Shown here: in pieces, positions 48,649 to 59,950 of the stretch
How the letters are laid out: every line of letters begins with the position of its first letter
Position numbering within the stretch: position 1 is the first letter of the stretch
NCBI GenBank assembly: GCA_963730185.1
Contig: CAVSQW010000009.1
Location: forward strand, 355,175-419,174
Source: an uncultured Gemmatimonadales bacterium
Lineage (GTDB): Bacteria; Gemmatimonadota; Gemmatimonadetes; Gemmatimonadales; GWC2-71-9
DNA: 64,000 nt
Direction: 5' to 3'
Program-made: the position numbers and the translations under genes
The notes under the pieces: generated by a model
Databases searched by the model: none
Told to the model about the DNA's origin: nothing
What the model saw: only the letters and a program-made list of their open reading frames with translations

Positions 48649-51616
48649 GCGGGCGGACCCGCGGCGCCGCCCCTGCTTCGCCGGCGTTCCGGCGAACCCC
48701 GGCGATGGCCCGGTCACGCCAGACCGCGACCTCCGGTCCGCCGAGCTCCCAGAACTGGAGGGCATGGTCGAAGTGGCGGACCGCGGCCTGGGGGTCGCCC
48801 CGCCGCTCGGCGAGGAGACCGAGCTCGTAGAGCGCCCGAGGGGTGAAGGCGGGAATCCAGGTGACCGGTGGGGTCAGCGAGGCGAAGATGGCGGCGGCGC
48901 TGTCGGCAAGGCCCCGGTCGCGGAGCGTCTCCGCCAGGTGGAACCGGATCGCCGGCTCGGGCCAGTAGCCGGCCACGTTCTCGGTGTGAATGGTCCAGAG
49001 GGCATACGCCCGCTCCGCCAGGGTCGCGGCGGATTCGAACTGACCGTCCCGTTCGGCCAGCCGACTGGCGATGTCGGCCTGTTCGGCGGCGGCCCATTCC
49101 CGTGGTGATCCCTGGCGCGGGAAATCGCCCATCGCGGCGATCCACGCCCTGGCTTCGGCGGTGTCGCCGAAGGTGGCATGAGAGGCGGCCAGGAGCCAGC
49201 CGCCGAACCAGACCGGCCGGGCGTCGAGAAGCGCGAGCGCGGAGTCTCGGGGGAGGTCGGCCGTGCGCCGGCGCAATGCGCCCCGGGTAGTCGCCGAGTC
49301 GCTCATTCCGATCAGGGCGGCGGCGAGCAGGCTCCAATCGACGACTTGATCGAGGTTCGGTGCGCCGGTGTATGCTCCGCTGGTCCGGATCGAATCCACC
49401 TCGCGAAGCTGCCCGATCCCGACCAGAAGACCCGCTTCGGCATTCGCCGCGAAGTCGAAGGCAAAGCCCGGTGTCGCGACTCGCCGGAGGCGGCGGGTGA
49501 GGCTCAGGGCTCGGTCCGGGCGCCAGGAACGGAGCCGGCGGACCACGTTCCCCCATACCAGCGGCGGCGTTGCGGCGACCGAGTCGGCCAGGGCGGGGAA
49601 GACGCCGTCGCTGGCCAGGAGCCCCTCCAAGCTCCACCGGGATGCCGCAATCAGGGGGGACGGCGATGACGAGCGACGGAGCCGTTCCAGGTCGATCCGG
49701 GCCTCGGCGGAGTCACCGCGAACCGACACCAGGGAGGTCCGATTCAGGAGCGCGGGGACATAGCTCGAGTCGAGCCGGTAGGCCCGGTCCACGATCTCGA
49801 GCAGCCGGTCGGGGGTCATCCCGAACTGCCACCCGTACACCCGGCTCACGTAGGCCAGCCCGTTCCAGCCGTGCACGTTGGTGCTGTCGAGCTCGATGAT
49901 CTTCCGCCAGGCCGCGGCGGCGGTGGGGCCGTCGGTCTCGATCGAGGCCCCGGTGGCGCGGAGTCCGAGGCGGATCTTGAGCGGCAGTCGGGCCGAGTCC
50001 GCCTCGGCTCGCGCGATCAGCTCGCGCAGTCCCTGAAACTGGTAGCCGCGCATCATCTGCGCCCAGGACCGGATCGTCACGGCCTCGACCAGAGCCAGGG
50101 TGAAGGTGGAGTCGAGCGAGAGCGCCCGCGAGATGGCGGCGTTGGCGCTGTCGGGGTCGCCTCGCCGCATCGCCTCCCGGGCCGCCAAGTAGGCCTTGAG
50201 CGCCTGAGGAGATGCCGTGGGCGCCTCCAGACTCCACTCGCCGGGGCCCGCTCCACCCAGCCGGTTGATCAGCTCGAGCGCCACGCGACGGCCCAGCGCG
50301 ACTCCGCTGTCGGCGGGGCTCGACAGCGTGAAGGCATCGATCGGGTCGGCCTTCGCGGTCGCGTAGACCCGAACGTTGAGCTCGAGGTTCCCGCTCGCCC
50401 CGGCCAGCGATCCGAGCACGAACCGGCTCGCGCCGGACCGAAGGGCGAGGCGCTCGGCCTCGGCTCGATCGGGACTTCGGGCCCGCGAGCCCGGGGACGA
50501 GCGGAGCGGCTCCCACAGGCCCCAGGGGTCGACGATCCGGAGGCCTGGGGTTCCGGTGAGCGTGGTGGCCACCAGGTCCGGCAGGGTCTCGCCCCAGTCG
50601 GTCCCGATCCCCGTCCCGCGGAACGGCATCAGCGCCAGGCCCAGGCGATCGTCGGGGCCGGCGGAGGCGCCGCCGCGGAGGAGGAGGGTCGCGATCGCGA
50701 CCGCGACGACCACCAGGGCGATGGCCACCCCGATCCAGGCGCGCGGCGAGCCCCGCCGAGACGCGGGTGCGGATCGACCCCGGGGGGTCAGCGCGGCCAG
50801 GAACGCCTCGATCGAGGGGTAGCGGTCTACCGCCATGGCGGCCAGCGCTCGGTGGACGGCGAGGTCGACGGCCTCCGGCACCGTGGGCCTCACGGTGCGA
50901 AGCCGCGGGACCTCTCCGGCCAGCTGGCGCGCGGCCGCGGCTTGCGGCGTGGCGGCCCGGAACGGCTGCTCGCCCGCGAGCATCTCGTAGAGCACCATCG
51001 CCAGCGCGTACTGATCGCTCCGGGCATCGACCTCCCCGCCCGACACCCGCTGCTCGGGGCTCATGTAGGCTGGCGTGCCCAGGGTCACGCCGGTCGAGGT
51101 CAGCGCGTTGCGCTCGGCGGACTCGACCGGCTTGGCAATGCCGAAGTCGGTGAGGACCGCTTGGCCGTCGACGAGCAGGATGTTCTCCGGCTTGACGTCG
51201 CGGTGGATCAGGCCGTGGCCATGCGCGTGTTGAAGGGCTGCGCCGACGTCCCGGCAGATCGTGAGCGCCTCGTCCACCGGCAGCTGCGGCTCGGTCTCGA
51301 GTCGCTCCCGGAGCGAGCGCCCCGGGACGAGCGGCATGACGTAGTAGAGGCCGGTGTCGCCGTGGTCGAGGTCGACGGCGCCGGAGTCGAAGATGGGGAC
51401 GATGTGTGGGTGGGTCAGCCCGGCGGTGGTCTCGATCTCGCGGCGAAACCGATCCATCCCCAGCACCCGCGCCACGGCGGGCTGGAGTACCTTGATCGCG
51501 ACCGATCGGTGGTGGCGGAGGTCGGTAGCCTCGAAGACGGTGGCCATGCCGCCCGCCCCGAGCTCGCCGCCGATCCGATATCGATCACCCAAACCGCGTC
51601 TGAGGGCGTCGAGCAT
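48638..51616 (-). CDS. Membrane-anchored Hanks-type Ser/Thr kinase with extracytoplasmic TPR-like region
   Basis: [25 protein letters not shown] and [10 protein letters not shown] motifs, then a TM helix and helical repeats. Start at about 51616. Confidence 0.9.
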   Translation of the reverse strand: MLDALRRGLGDRYRIGGELGAGGMATVFEATDLRHHRSVAIKVLQPAVARVLGMDRFRREIETTAGLTHPHIVPIFDSGAVDLDHGDTGLYYVMPLVPGRSLRERLETEPQLPVDEALTICRDVGAALQHAHGHGLIHRDVKPENILLVDGQAVLTDFGIAKPVESAERNALTSTGVTLGTPAYMSPEQRVSGGEVDARSDQYALAMVLYEMLAGEQPFRAATPQAAAARQLAGEVPRLRTVRPTVPEAVDLAVHRALAAMAVDRYPSIEAFLAALTPRGRSAPASRRGSPRAWIGVAIALVVVAVAIATLLLRGGASAGPDDRLGLALMPFRGTGIGTDWGETLPDLVATTLTGTPGLRIVDPWGLWEPLRSSPGSRARSPDRAEAERLALRSGASRFVLGSLAGASGNLELNVRVYATAKADPIDAFTLSSPADSGVALGRRVALELINRLGGAGPGEWSLEAPTASPQALKAYLAAREAMRRGDPDSANAAISRALSLDSTFTLALVEAVTIRSWAQMMRGYQFQGLRELIARAEADSARLPLKIRLGLRATGASIETDGPTAAAAWRKIIELDSTNVHGWNGLAYVSRVYGWQFGMTPDRLLEIVDRAYRLDSSYVPALLNRTSLVSVRGDSAEARIDLERLRRSSSPSPLIAASRWSLEGLLASDGVFPALADSVAATPPLVWGNVVRRLRSWRPDRALSLTRRLRRVATPGFAFDFAANAEAGLLVGIGQLREVDSIRTSGAYTGAPNLDQVVDWSLLAAALIGMSDSATTRGALRRRTADLPRDSALALLDARPVWFGGWLLAASHATFGDTAEARAWIAAMGDFPRQGSPREWAAAEQADIASRLAERDGQFESAATLAERAYALWTIHTENVAGYWPEPAIRFHLAETLRDRGLADSAAAIFASLTPPVTWIPAFTPRALYELGLLAERRGDPQAAVRHFDHALQFWELGGPEVAVWRDRAIAGVRRNAGEAGAAPRVRPPNA

Positions 51617-51801
51617 CGTCGGCCTGTCCCCGTCCCGATCGGGGTAACTTACCCCTTCGGGGCGGAGGTCGTCAGGGCGACGGCGCCGCCGGCCCGGCGC
51701 GATCGACGTTAGGCGGCGAGCCGGCCGAGCGAGCGCCGCCGCCCGGCGCGTTGACACCCTTCTCGCCGGACGCTAAATCCCGCTACCCTGGCCCCCACAC
51801 C

Positions 51802-53294
51802 ATGACCGCCTTCGAGTATCCCAGCTACGACGCCCTCGGCCTCGCCGACCTGGTCCGCCGGGGCGAGGTGACCCCGCTCGAGCTGGTCGACGCCGCGCTC
51901 GACCGGGTCGACCGGGTAAACCCCCGGCTCAACGCGGTGATCCACCGGATGGACGCCCGGGCCCGGGCCCGGGCCCGGGCGGCCCGCTCGACGGCCCGTT
52001 TGCCGGGGTGCCGTTCCTGTTCAAGGATCTCGGTCAGCTCCTCGAGGGTGAGCCCTTCCGGGCCGGGAGTCGGTTCCTGGCCAAGCATGTCGCCGACCAC
52101 GATACCGAGCTCACCCGCCGCTACCTGGCGGCCGGCGTGATCCCGATCGGCAAGACCAATACGCCTGAATTCGGCCTCACCCCGTTCACGGAGCCGGTGT
52201 TGTTCGGTCCGACCGTGAATCCCTGGGATCCCACCCGGACCACCGGCGGCTCGAGCGGCGGCTCGGCGGCGGCGGTGGCCAGCCGGATGGTGCCGATCGC
52301 GAGCGGCGGCGACGGAGGCGGGTCGATTCGGATCCCGGCCAGCTGCTGCGGCATCTTCGGGCTCAAGCCCACCCGGGGCCGTACGCCCACCGGCCCGGAC
52401 TCCGGCGAGCAATGGCATGGCTCGGTGGTCGACCACGTCCTGACCCGGTCCGTCCGCGACAGCGCCGCCATGCTGGACGCGGTGGCCGGCCCCGATCCCG
52501 GGGCGCCGTACTACCCGCCGCCACCCGCCCGGCCGTTCCTCGACGAGGTAACCGCCCCGTCCGGCCGGCTCACCATCGCCTGGACCGCCCGGCCCTTCCT
52601 CGGCTCGACCGTCCACCCGGACTGCGAGCGCGCCCTCGCGGACGCGGTGGCGTTGCTCAGTGTTCTCGGCCACGACCTGGTGGAGGCGGCCCCGGCGATC
52701 GACGGGCCCGGCTTCTCCCGCGCCTTCGTGACCATGCTCTGCTCGGAGCTGATGGCCGATATCCACGACGCCGAACGGGTGACCGGTACCCGAGCCCACC
52801 GCCATCACTTCGAGCCCGCGACCTGGGCGCTGGCCCTCCTGGGGCGCGCCCTCAAAGCGCCGGAGCTCTCGGTCGCGCTCCGCTTCCTCGACCGTCAGGT
52901 GCGGATCGTGGGCCAGTTCTTCACCGGCTACGACGCCCTCCTCACGCCCACCTTGGCGGTGCCGCCGTTCCCCACCGGCTCGCTTCAGCCCAAGCCCGGC
53001 GAGCGTCTCCTGCTCCAGGCCGCGGGGCTCCTCGGCACCGGTCGGCCCCTCAAGATGATGGGCCTCCTGAACCAGCTGGCCGCCCAGGTGTTCCAGGCGA
53101 TTCCCTATACTCCGGTGTTCAACGTCACCGGCCAGCCCGCGATGTCGGTGCCGCTGTGGTGGAGCGACGCCGGGCTGCCGGTGGGCGTGCAGCTGGTGGG
53201 CCGCTACGCCGACGAAGCCACCCTCTTCCGGCTGGCCGGCCAGCTCGAGCAAGCCCGGCCCTGGGCCGACCGCGTGCCACCGATCAGTGGATGA
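51802..53294 (+). CDS. Amidase signature family enzyme, frameshift near 51980
   Basis: ATG 51802 ([15 protein letters not shown]...NPRLNAV). The next frame gives [20 protein letters not shown] and [14 protein letters not shown]. Confidence 0.85.
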
Positions 53295-54708
53295 GCCGAT
53301 GACTCCTTCCTCCCGACCGCCTCGCCCGCCCGCCCGGGCCCGCTCCCGCTCCACCTTCAAGCTGATCCAACGACCGCCGGCCGTTCGGGCCGGTAAGCCC
53401 GGTCGGCCGGGTGCGGCCCGGAAAGACCTCGAGCGGATCGAGATCGCCAGCCGCGACGAGATCACGGCCCTCCAGCTCGAGCGACTCAAGTGGACCCTCC
53501 AGCACGCCTGGTCGAACGTCCCCCATTACCGGCACGCGTTCGGTCAGGCCGGCGTGCATCCGGCGGATCTCCGGTCCTTCGAGGACCTGGCCCGGTTCCC
53601 GTTCACCACCAAGGAGGATCTCCGCCGGGCCTACCCTTACGGCATGTTTGCGGTGCCCCGGGAGCAGGTGGTCCGGGTGCATGCCTCCTCGGGGACCACC
53701 GGCAAGCCGACCGTGGTCGGTTACACCGCGCGCGACATCGACACCTGGGCCAAGCTGGTGGCCCGCTCCATTCGGGCGGCCGGCGGCCGCAAGGGCGACA
53801 TCGTCCACGTCGGCTACGGCTACGGCCTGTTCACCGGCGGCCTCGGCGCCCACTACGGCGCCGAGAAGCTGGGGTGCACCGTGATTCCGATGTCGGGTGG
53901 GCAGACCGAAAAGCAGGTCCGCCTTCTGGTGGATCTGGCGCCGGACATCCTGATGTGCACCCCGTCCTACGCGCTCGTGCTGGCCGACGAGTGCCAGCGT
54001 CAGGGCGTCGATCCCACCTCGCTCAAGCTCTCGATCGGGATCCACGGGGCCGAGCCCTGGACCGATGCCATGCGGGCCGAGATCGAGGCCCGGTTCGCGA
54101 TCGACGCGCTCGACATCTTCGGGCTCTCGGAGGTGCTGGGACCCGGGGTGGCCAACGAGTGCATCGAGACCAAAGACGGGCTGGTGCTCTGGGAGGATCA
54201 CTTCTTCCCCGAGATCATCGATCCGGTCACCGAGCGGGTGCTGCCGGACGGCGAGCGGGGAGAGCTGGTGCTCACCACCCTCACCAAGGAAGCGTTGCCG
54301 GTGATCCGCTATCGGACCCGCGACCTCACCACCCTTCTCCCGCCCACCGCTCGATCGATGCGCCGGCTGGCCCGACTCACCGGCCGGAGCGACGACATGC
54401 TGATCATCCGGGGAGTGAACGTGTTCCCGTCGCAGCTGGAGGAGCTGATTCTCAAGGTCGGGCTCTACTCGCCCCACTACGTCCTGGAGATTCGGCGGGC
54501 GGGCCGGCTCGATACCCTGGAGGTGGTAGTGGAGCCCCACGACGCCTCGATCAGCGCCGCGGCCGCCGAGCAGGCGGCGTCGACCCTGGCGCACGACATC
54601 AAGTCGTACAACGGGATCACGGCCACCGTGCGGGTGGCGCCGCCGGGAACCATCGAGCGGTCGCTCGGCAAGGCCCGTCGGGTGATGGACCTCCGGGGGA
54701 GCCAATAA
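53287..54708 (+). CDS. paaK: Phenylacetate--CoA ligase
   Basis: HASSGTTGKPTVVGYT, YGLFTGGLGAHYG, GAEPW, TKEALPVIRYRTRD and GRSDDMLIIRGVNVFPSQ motifs. The start may be 53299. Confidence 0.9.
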   Translation: MDEPMTPSSRPPRPPARARSRSTFKLIQRPPAVRAGKPGRPGAARKDLERIEIASRDEITALQLERLKWTLQHAWSNVPHYRHAFGQAGVHPADLRSFEDLARFPFTTKEDLRRAYPYGMFAVPREQVVRVHASSGTTGKPTVVGYTARDIDTWAKLVARSIRAAGGRKGDIVHVGYGYGLFTGGLGAHYGAEKLGCTVIPMSGGQTEKQVRLLVDLAPDILMCTPSYALVLADECQRQGVDPTSLKLSIGIHGAEPWTDAMRAEIEARFAIDALDIFGLSEVLGPGVANECIETKDGLVLWEDHFFPEIIDPVTERVLPDGERGELVLTTLTKEALPVIRYRTRDLTTLLPPTARSMRRLARLTGRSDDMLIIRGVNVFPSQLEELILKVGLYSPHYVLEIRRAGRLDTLEVVVEPHDASISAAAAEQAASTLAHDIKSYNGITATVRVAPPGTIERSLGKARRVMDLRGSQ

Positions 54709-54736
54709 AAACCGGGGCCGGATGCGTCCGGCCCCG
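54704..54736 (-). terminator. Intrinsic terminator for the SWIB gene
   Basis: The minus strand reads cggggccgga-cgca-tccggccccg-g-tttttatt. A second hairpin lies at about 54751-54775. Confidence 0.7.
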
Positions 54737-54778
54737 TCGTGCCACTGCGAGGAGAGCCCCCATGGGGGCGGCTCCGTC

Positions 54779-55123
54779 CTACTTGAGGTGCTTGTTCACC
54801 AGCTTGGTCATCTCGAACATGTTGACCTGCGCCTTGCCACCGAAGACCGGCTTCAGGTTCGCGTCGGCGTGGATCATCCGCCGGTTCTTGGCGTCCTGGA
54901 GCTTGTTCTTCTTGATGTAGAGCCAGAGCTTCTTGGTGACCTCGGTGCGCGGCAGCGGCTTGGCGCCGACCACCGTGGCGAGAGAAGCGCTTGGCGTCAT
55001 CGGCTTCATGAAGGCGGCCGACGGCTTCCGCTTGGTGGCCTTCTTCGCGGCTTTCTTCCGGGCGGGCTTCTTCGCGACTTTCTTCTTCGCAGTCTTCTTC
55101 GCGGCCTTCTTCTTGGCGGCCAT
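54779..55123 (-). CDS. SWIB/MDM2-domain protein with histone-H1-like Lys/Ala-rich N-terminus
   Basis: RBS aaggag and ATG 55123. MAAKKKAAKKTAKKK...AFMKPMTPS..LA.VVG..PLPRTEVTKKLW.YIKKN.LQD..N.R.I.AD. Confidence 0.92.
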   Translation of the reverse strand: MAAKKKAAKKTAKKKVAKKPARKKAAKKATKRKPSAAFMKPMTPSASLATVVGAKPLPRTEVTKKLWLYIKKNKLQDAKNRRMIHADANLKPVFGGKAQVNMFEMTKLVNKHLK

Positions 55124-55168
55124 CCGAGACTCCTTGAAATGAGGTTCCTGACCACTGCGGGAGCATCC

Positions 55169-55268
55169 TTCCGAGGGAAAATCTAAGGGTCCCTCTGGGG
55201 AAAACAATAGGGAAGAGCGTCTTTTTCCCTCGGAAAACGCCTTTGGACCGGCCGACTTTCCCTCGGAA
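55169..55268. repeat. Three copies of the 12-mer TTTCCCTCGGAA (one inverted) in a divergent promoter region
   Basis: Copies at 55169-55180 (reverse), 55224-55235 and 55257-55268. Confidence 0.7.
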
Positions 55269-55366
55269 GCACCCTTTTCGGCCCTGGTCGACGGCCCGGT
55301 CCCGGCCTCGTCGCGTCACTCGGAAGACCGTAGATTCTGCCTCGATTCCCCCAGAGAGGACCCGCC

Positions 55367-57025
55367 ATGACCCAGCGATCGTACGTCTCCGGCCCTTCGT
55401 CCCTCCCGCTCCTCGGCCGCACGATCGGCGCGGAGCTCGACCGAGTGACGGCCGCGACGCCCGAGGCGCTGGCGGTCGTGAGCCGTCATCAGGACGTCCG
55501 CCTCTCCTATCGGGAGCTGCACCAGCGGGTGGAGCGGGTGGCTCGCGGACTGCTGGCTCTCGGGGTCGAGAAGGGCGACCGGGTCGGCATCTGGGCGGGG
55601 AACTCGGTCGAGTGGCTCGAGACGCAGTACGCCACCGCCAAGATCGGCGCCGTCCTGGTCAACGTGAACCCGGCCTACCGGCGCCACGAGCTGGAGTACG
55701 CCCTCGCCAAGTCCGGTGTCTCGGTCCTCGTCTCGGCCCGCGGCTTCCGGCAGACCGACTATCTCGAGCTGCTCCGGGTCACCGCGCCCCGCCTCCCGGC
55801 CCTCGAGACGATCGTGCTCCTCGGGGAGGAATCGGCCGGGATGCTCGGCTGGAACGACCTCCTGGCGCGGGGCGAGTCAGTCAGCGCCGACCGGCTCCGG
55901 GAGCGCGAGGCCACCCTCGACTTCGACGACCCGATCAACATCCAGTACACCTCCGGCACCACCGGGTTTCCGAAGGGTGCTACGCTCTCTCACCACAACA
56001 TCCTCAACAACGGGTATTTCGTCGGCGTCGGGTGTCGCTACACCGCGGCCGACCGGGTGTGCGTGCCCGTTCCCCTCTACCACTGCTTCGGGATGGTCAT
56101 GGGTAACCTGGGGGCGCTCACCCACGGGGCGGCCGTGGTCTACCCGTCAGTGGGCTTTGATCCCCAGGCCACGCTCGACGCCATCCAGGCGGAGCGCTGC
56201 ACCTCGCTCTATGGGGTGCCGACCATGTTCATCGCCCAGCTCCAGCATCCCGACTTCGCGCGCTACGACCTCTCCAGCCTCCGCACCGGGATCATGGCGG
56301 GGTCGCCCTGCCCGGTCGAGGTCATGAAGCAGGTGATCGACACGATGCACATGGACGACGTCACCATCTGCTACGGGATGACCGAGACCTCCCCGGTCTC
56401 CTTCCAATCGACCCCCGACGACGACCTCGAGCACCGGACCGGCACGGTCGGCGCCGTGCATCCGCACGTCGAGTGCAAGATCGTGGATCCGGAGACCGGC
56501 TTGACCGTGCCTCGGGGCGCCCCGGGGGAGCTCCTCAGCCGGGGCTATCTGGTGATGCTGGGCTATTGGGACGACCCGGTCGCGACCAACGGGGCGATCG
56601 ACGCCGCCGGCTGGATGCACACCGGCGATCTGGCGGTGATGCGCGAGGACGGCTACGTCAACATCATCGGGCGGATCAAGGACATGGTCATCCGGGGCGG
56701 CGAGAACATCTACCCCCGCGAGGTGGAGGAGTTCCTCTACACCCACCCCAAGATCCAGGACGTCCAGGTGGTGGGCGTGCCCGACCCCAAGTACGGCGAG
56801 GAGCTCTGCGCCTGGGTCCGCCTCCGCGACGGGGTGCTGGCCACCGACGACGAGATCCGGGAGTTCTGCCGGGGGCAGATCGCCACCTTCAAGATCCCGC
56901 GGTACATCCGGTTCACCGAGGAGTTCCCGATGACGGTGACCGGCAAGGTCCGGAAGGTCGAGATGCGGGAAGTGTCGATCCGCGAGCTTGGTTTGGGCGA
57001 GGCGGCTTCGGTGAAGACCGCCTGA
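55367..57025 (+). CDS. AMP-binding acyl-CoA synthetase (ACSF2/FadD-like)
   Basis: [44 protein letters not shown] and TGKV motifs. Confidence 0.92.
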   Translation: MTQRSYVSGPSSLPLLGRTIGAELDRVTAATPEALAVVSRHQDVRLSYRELHQRVERVARGLLALGVEKGDRVGIWAGNSVEWLETQYATAKIGAVLVNVNPAYRRHELEYALAKSGVSVLVSARGFRQTDYLELLRVTAPRLPALETIVLLGEESAGMLGWNDLLARGESVSADRLREREATLDFDDPINIQYTSGTTGFPKGATLSHHNILNNGYFVGVGCRYTAADRVCVPVPLYHCFGMVMGNLGALTHGAAVVYPSVGFDPQATLDAIQAERCTSLYGVPTMFIAQLQHPDFARYDLSSLRTGIMAGSPCPVEVMKQVIDTMHMDDVTICYGMTETSPVSFQSTPDDDLEHRTGTVGAVHPHVECKIVDPETGLTVPRGAPGELLSRGYLVMLGYWDDPVATNGAIDAAGWMHTGDLAVMREDGYVNIIGRIKDMVIRGGENIYPREVEEFLYTHPKIQDVQVVGVPDPKYGEELCAWVRLRDGVLATDDEIREFCRGQIATFKIPRYIRFTEEFPMTVTGKVRKVEMREVSIRELGLGEAASVKTA

Positions 57026-57123
57026 AACGAGGCTGAACCTCCTTCGCGAGCCCGTGAAGGCTCCTTGCGTCGTCCTTCACCGCGGTTTCGTCGCTCCGGC
57101 GCCATGGTTAGGCAGAGGAAACC

Positions 57124-58344
57124 ATGGCCGACCCGCACCGCCGATCCCTTCCGCAGGTCCTCGTACTCGCCGGCACGCGGCCTGAAGCGATCAAGCTGGC
57201 GCCGGTGGTGCGCCATCTTCGCCGTGACGCCGAGGTTCGCGCCTGGTTCGTGAGCACCGGCCAGCATCGCGACCTCCTCCACCACGCGCTCGATCCCTTC
57301 GGTCTTTCCTTCGACCGCAATCTCCGGCTGATGCGGAAGGGGCAGAACCTCTTCCACGTCGGCCGGGCGTGTCTTGCCGGCCTGGAGGACGTGCTGGACG
57401 GCATTCGTCCCGACCTGATTCTGGTGCAAGGCGACACGGCGACCGTGTTGTTCGGCGCGCTGGCGGCGTACTTCGACCGAGTGGCGCTGGCCCACGTCGA
57501 GGCGGGCCTTCGGACGGGCGACAAGTGGCATCCCTACCCGGAGGAAATGTTCCGGCGGCTGACCGGCGTGCTGGCCGACCTCCACTTCGCCCCGACCTGG
57601 GCCGCCCAGGACCGTCTCCTCTCGGAGGGCGTGCCGCCCGACCGGGTGCACGTAACCGGCAACACGGTGGTGGACGCCCTGGAGATCGTCACGGGGGCGG
57701 ATCGCGTGGCCCCGAGCCGGCTCGTGCGGCGGTTGGTTGACGACGGTCGCCGCTTGGTGCTGGTGACGGCGCATCGCCGGGAGTCGTTCGGCGCCCCGCT
57801 CCGGGGAATCTTCGAGGCCGTCCGGGTGCTGGCCGATCGACACGACGACGCCCTGTTCGTGGTGCCGCTCCATCCCAATCCCGCGGTGCGGGAGGCCGCG
57901 GTGCCGCTCGCCGGCCACCCGCGAATCCGGGTGACCCGGCCGCTCGGATACGCCGACCTGCTTACCCTCCTCCAGCACACGGTGCTGACGCTCACCGACT
58001 CCGGCGGCATTCAGGAGGAAGCGCCCAGTTTCGGGGTACCGGTTCTGGTTCTTCGGGACATCACCGAGCGGCCGGAAGGGATCGGGACCGTCGCCCGCCT
58101 GGTGGGCACGGATCCCGAGCGGATCGTCGGCCAGGCCGGACTGCTCTTGACCGACGAGCCGGCTCGCCGGCGCATGACCCGGTACCCGAATCCGCATGGC
58201 GACGGGCAGGCCGCCGCGCGGATCGCCGATCTCGTGGTCCACGAGCTGACCGGGCGGGCCCGGCGCACCACCGATTGGGAGGGAATCGAGCCCTCGCCGG
58301 ACCTGTTCGCCGCCCTGACCCCGCCGCCGGTGTCGGCTGGGTGA
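57124..58344 (+). CDS. wecB: UDP-N-acetylglucosamine 2-epimerase (non-hydrolysing)
   Basis: GTRPEAIKLAP, TGQHR, VQGDT, HVEAGLRT, PYPEE, TAHRRE and TDSGGIQEEAP motifs. Confidence 0.93.
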   Translation: MADPHRRSLPQVLVLAGTRPEAIKLAPVVRHLRRDAEVRAWFVSTGQHRDLLHHALDPFGLSFDRNLRLMRKGQNLFHVGRACLAGLEDVLDGIRPDLILVQGDTATVLFGALAAYFDRVALAHVEAGLRTGDKWHPYPEEMFRRLTGVLADLHFAPTWAAQDRLLSEGVPPDRVHVTGNTVVDALEIVTGADRVAPSRLVRRLVDDGRRLVLVTAHRRESFGAPLRGIFEAVRVLADRHDDALFVVPLHPNPAVREAAVPLAGHPRIRVTRPLGYADLLTLLQHTVLTLTDSGGIQEEAPSFGVPVLVLRDITERPEGIGTVARLVGTDPERIVGQAGLLLTDEPARRRMTRYPNPHGDGQAAARIADLVVHELTGRARRTTDWEGIEPSPDLFAALTPPPVSAG

Positions 58345-58351
58345 GCTGCCC

Positions 58352-59950
58352 ATGACGACCTCCGTCTCGAAGGCCTGGCAGCGGTCGCTCCTCGCGTTGG
58401 CCCTGGCCCTTGGCACCCTCGCGGCGACGCATACCGGCACCCGGCTCGAGCCGGTGGTGTCGGCCGAGCGACCGGACGTCCTCGGGTCGGGGCCGGTCTC
58501 GAGCCGTACGGTTGTGCCGGCGACCTCCTTCTTCGGACCACCGCGTCTGACCCGGATCGGCGGAAGCGCCGTCGGCGCGGTACTCCAGCAGGAGGTCGTT
58601 CGGTCGTCGCCGGATCCCTCGCGCCTCGGCCCGCGGAGCTGGATCGTCACCGTCCTGCTCTACACCTTCTACCTCATCATCGCGATGGTCGCGGTCTACA
58701 TCGTCCGGCACTATCTGTTCACCCTGAACCGGCTCTTCCGTCCTACCCGCCAGCCGTACGTCGACATCGACATCGCCGACTGGCCGCCGATCACGGTGCT
58801 GATTCCGGCCCACAACGAGGAGGCCGTGATCGGCGATATCCTCGAAGCCGTGCTGGACGCGGATTATCCCCGCGAGCGACTGACCGTCGTTCCCGTCGAG
58901 GACCGGTCGACCGACCGCACCCGGGAGATCGTCGAGGCCTTCCAGCACGCCAACCTCGACGTGGTCCGGCCGTTCATCCGGTCCGAGGGCAAGGCGGGCA
59001 AGGCCGCCGCGCTGAACGATGCGATGGCCACGGTCACCACCGACATTGCCCTGGTCTTCGACGCCGACTACATCCCCGGTCGCGGCCTCCTGAAGCAGCT
59101 CGTCGCGCCCTTCTTCGATCCCGAGGTCGGGGCCGTGATGGGGCGGGTGGTTCCCCACAACGTCAGCGGCAACCTGTTGACCCGACTCCTCGATCTCGAG
59201 CGCTCGGGTGGCTACCAGGTCGATCAGCAAGCCCGTATGAACATGGGCTTGGTGGCTCAGTACGGCGGCACCGTGGGCGGGGTGCGGAGCTCGGCGCTCC
59301 GAGCGGTCGGGGGCTGGCGGGACGACTCGCTGGCCGAAGACACCGACGCCACCTACCGCCTGCTGCTGGGCGGATGGAAGACGGTCTATCAGAACCGCTC
59401 CGAATGCTACGAGCAGGTGCCGGAGGATTGGGACGGCCGGCTCCGCCAGATCCGTCGCTGGGCCATGGGCCACAACGCGGTGGCGGTGCGCTACCTCGGG
59501 CGGCTGCTTCGGAGCGCCCGGACCAGCCTCGCCGAGAAGGTCGACGGAGCGCTCCTGCTCGGCGTCTACACCATGTCGCCGATCCTGGTCCTGGGCTGGC
59601 TGGTCGGCATCGTGCTCTGGTATCTGGGCGTCACCAAGCCCGGCCTGATCGTCATCCTGCTGGTGGTGTCGTACAGCGCCTTGGGCAACTTCGCGACCTT
59701 CTTCGAGATCGCGGCCGCCGCGCACCTCGATGGATCGCGGAACCGGATCCGGCTCCTGCCGTTCGTGTTCCTGGGCTTCCTCGTGAGCCTGTTCGGCGTC
59801 TCGCGGGCCACGATCTCGCAGCTGCTGCCCCACAAGACCAAACGGCTCCTCTGGCACAAGACCGAGCACAACCACAACGGAAGCCACGGGTATCAGCTCC
59901 GGAACGGATTCCACGACCGGGCCGGCGCCGGCGGGACGGTGGGACGATGA
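58352..59950 (+). CDS. Processive GT2 glycosyltransferase (synthase-like, membrane-embedded)
   Basis: IPAHNEE, ED.STD, GKAAALN, FDAD, LAEDTD and QIRRW motifs, with flanking TM helices. Confidence 0.9.
   Translation: MTTSVSKAWQRSLLALALALGTLAATHTGTRLEPVVSAERPDVLGSGPVSSRTVVPATSFFGPPRLTRIGGSAVGAVLQQEVVRSSPDPSRLGPRSWIVTVLLYTFYLIIAMVAVYIVRHYLFTLNRLFRPTRQPYVDIDIADWPPITVLIPAHNEEAVIGDILEAVLDADYPRERLTVVPVEDRSTDRTREIVEAFQHANLDVVRPFIRSEGKAGKAAALNDAMATVTTDIALVFDADYIPGRGLLKQLVAPFFDPEVGAVMGRVVPHNVSGNLLTRLLDLERSGGYQVDQQARMNMGLVAQYGGTVGGVRSSALRAVGGWRDDSLAEDTDATYRLLLGGWKTVYQNRSECYEQVPEDWDGRLRQIRRWAMGHNAVAVRYLGRLLRSARTSLAEKVDGALLLGVYTMSPILVLGWLVGIVLWYLGVTKPGLIVILLVVSYSALGNFATFFEIAAAAHLDGSRNRIRLLPFVFLGFLVSLFGVSRATISQLLPHKTKRLLWHKTEHNHNGSHGYQLRNGFHDRAGAGGTVGR

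Noticed and set aside
51955..51978. (gcccgg)x4 as a phase-variation tract
   Set aside because: A 6-nt unit cannot change frame, and the nearby 1-nt shift is better explained by an assembly error.
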